The notes beneath the pieces are model-generated. The model ran no database searches. It was not told where the DNA came from and saw nothing but the letters and a program-made list of their open reading frames with translations. Shown in pieces: positions 63,828-64,000 of a DNA stretch of 64,000 nucleotides. The first letter of the stretch is position 1; each line of letters opens with the position of its first letter. The position numbers were made by a program, and so were the translations under genes. The stretch lies in IMG/VR virus record IMGVR_UViG_3300042892_005961, positions 62,001 to 126,000 of that record; one strand, written 5' to 3'.

Positions 63828-63876
63828 AAAATATAACCAAAATATTTGATAAAGAGAAATTTAAAGTATATATTTT
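63828..63876. promoter_or_regulatory. Back-to-back candidate promoters: minus TTTC-N20-TATATTTT (63859 to 63828) and plus TTTG-N20-TATATTTT (63845-63876)
   Basis: Both sit in the divergent gap and match the recurring box/spacer pattern. Confidence 0.5.
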
Positions 63877-63879
63877 ATT

Positions 63880-64000
63880 ATGGCTTGTAAAACATGTAAA
63901 GAAAAGGGTGATATCAAAGATGCTGGTAGTTTTGTACCTACAGGAGTTATCGTATTTGCGATAATTTGGACCTGTTTTGGTATCTATGGTGTTTATTCTT
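63880..64000 (+). CDS. Partial small membrane protein (MACKTCKEK...VIVFAIIWTCFGIYGVYS)
   Basis: Hand-translated from ATG 63880, open to the window end; N-terminal CxxC and one hydrophobic helix. Confidence 0.6.
   Translation, partial: MACKTCKEKGDIKDAGSFVPTGVIVFAIIWTCFGIYGVYS

Noticed and set aside
1-64000. Stop-codon reassignment, tRNA/rRNA genes, introns
   Set aside because: Genes tile densely at full family length under the standard code, and the intergenic gaps are too short and AT-rich for structured RNA genes that I could recognise.
1-64000. Cellular capsule/LPS locus or eukaryotic giant virus origin
   Set aside because: No Wzx/Wzy/ABC export or housekeeping genes. The peptidase-S74 fibre, NusG, intrinsic terminators and coupled overlapping genes fit a bacteriophage better, though hallmark capsid/terminase genes are outside the window.

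Overview
AT-rich, gene-dense 64 kb segment, most likely from a very large tailed bacteriophage. The evidence is a peptidase-S74-chaperoned fibre gene, giant fibre proteins, and no cellular housekeeping genes apart from an orphan NusG. A Bacteroidota host is suggested by Shine-Dalgarno-free A-rich starts and TTT(G/C)-N19-20-TATATT(T/A)T promoters. Four blocks are visible. (1) 1-5.7 kb: 2OG-Fe(II) oxygenases, sulfotransferases and a candidate PAPS module (HIGH-type nucleotidyltransferase + APS kinase). These surround a gene that appears to fuse a circularly permuted ATP-grasp ligase to a C-terminal-cleavage-only Hint domain and a 41-aa six-Cys peptide, followed by an unannotated 25-aa Thr/Ser-rich ORF. 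(2) 5.7-35.6 kb: a glycan synthesis and decoration cluster with 6 SGNH-like proteins, 5 GT10-like glycosyltransferases, 2 GT7 enzymes with inserted LamG domains, a GT2-like enzyme, carbamoyltransferase, UDP-sugar dehydrogenase, methyltransferase and 2 radical SAM enzymes. It also holds an oppositely oriented 9.4 kb cassette with epimerases, RmlC and a split TPP enzyme. (3) 35.6-60.2 kb: adhesin and tail-fibre genes, including four fibres with long Pro-free Gly-(Ser/Thr)-Ser collagen-period tracts and two Pro/Thr mucin-like proteins. (4) 60.2-64 kb: glutaredoxin, thioredoxin, AAA ATPase, NusG and a Dam-like methyltransferase. Many of the modification enzymes end in a shared Lys-rich x-[LI]-[LIV] C-terminus. 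All family calls come from motif recognition by eye; no database search was run.
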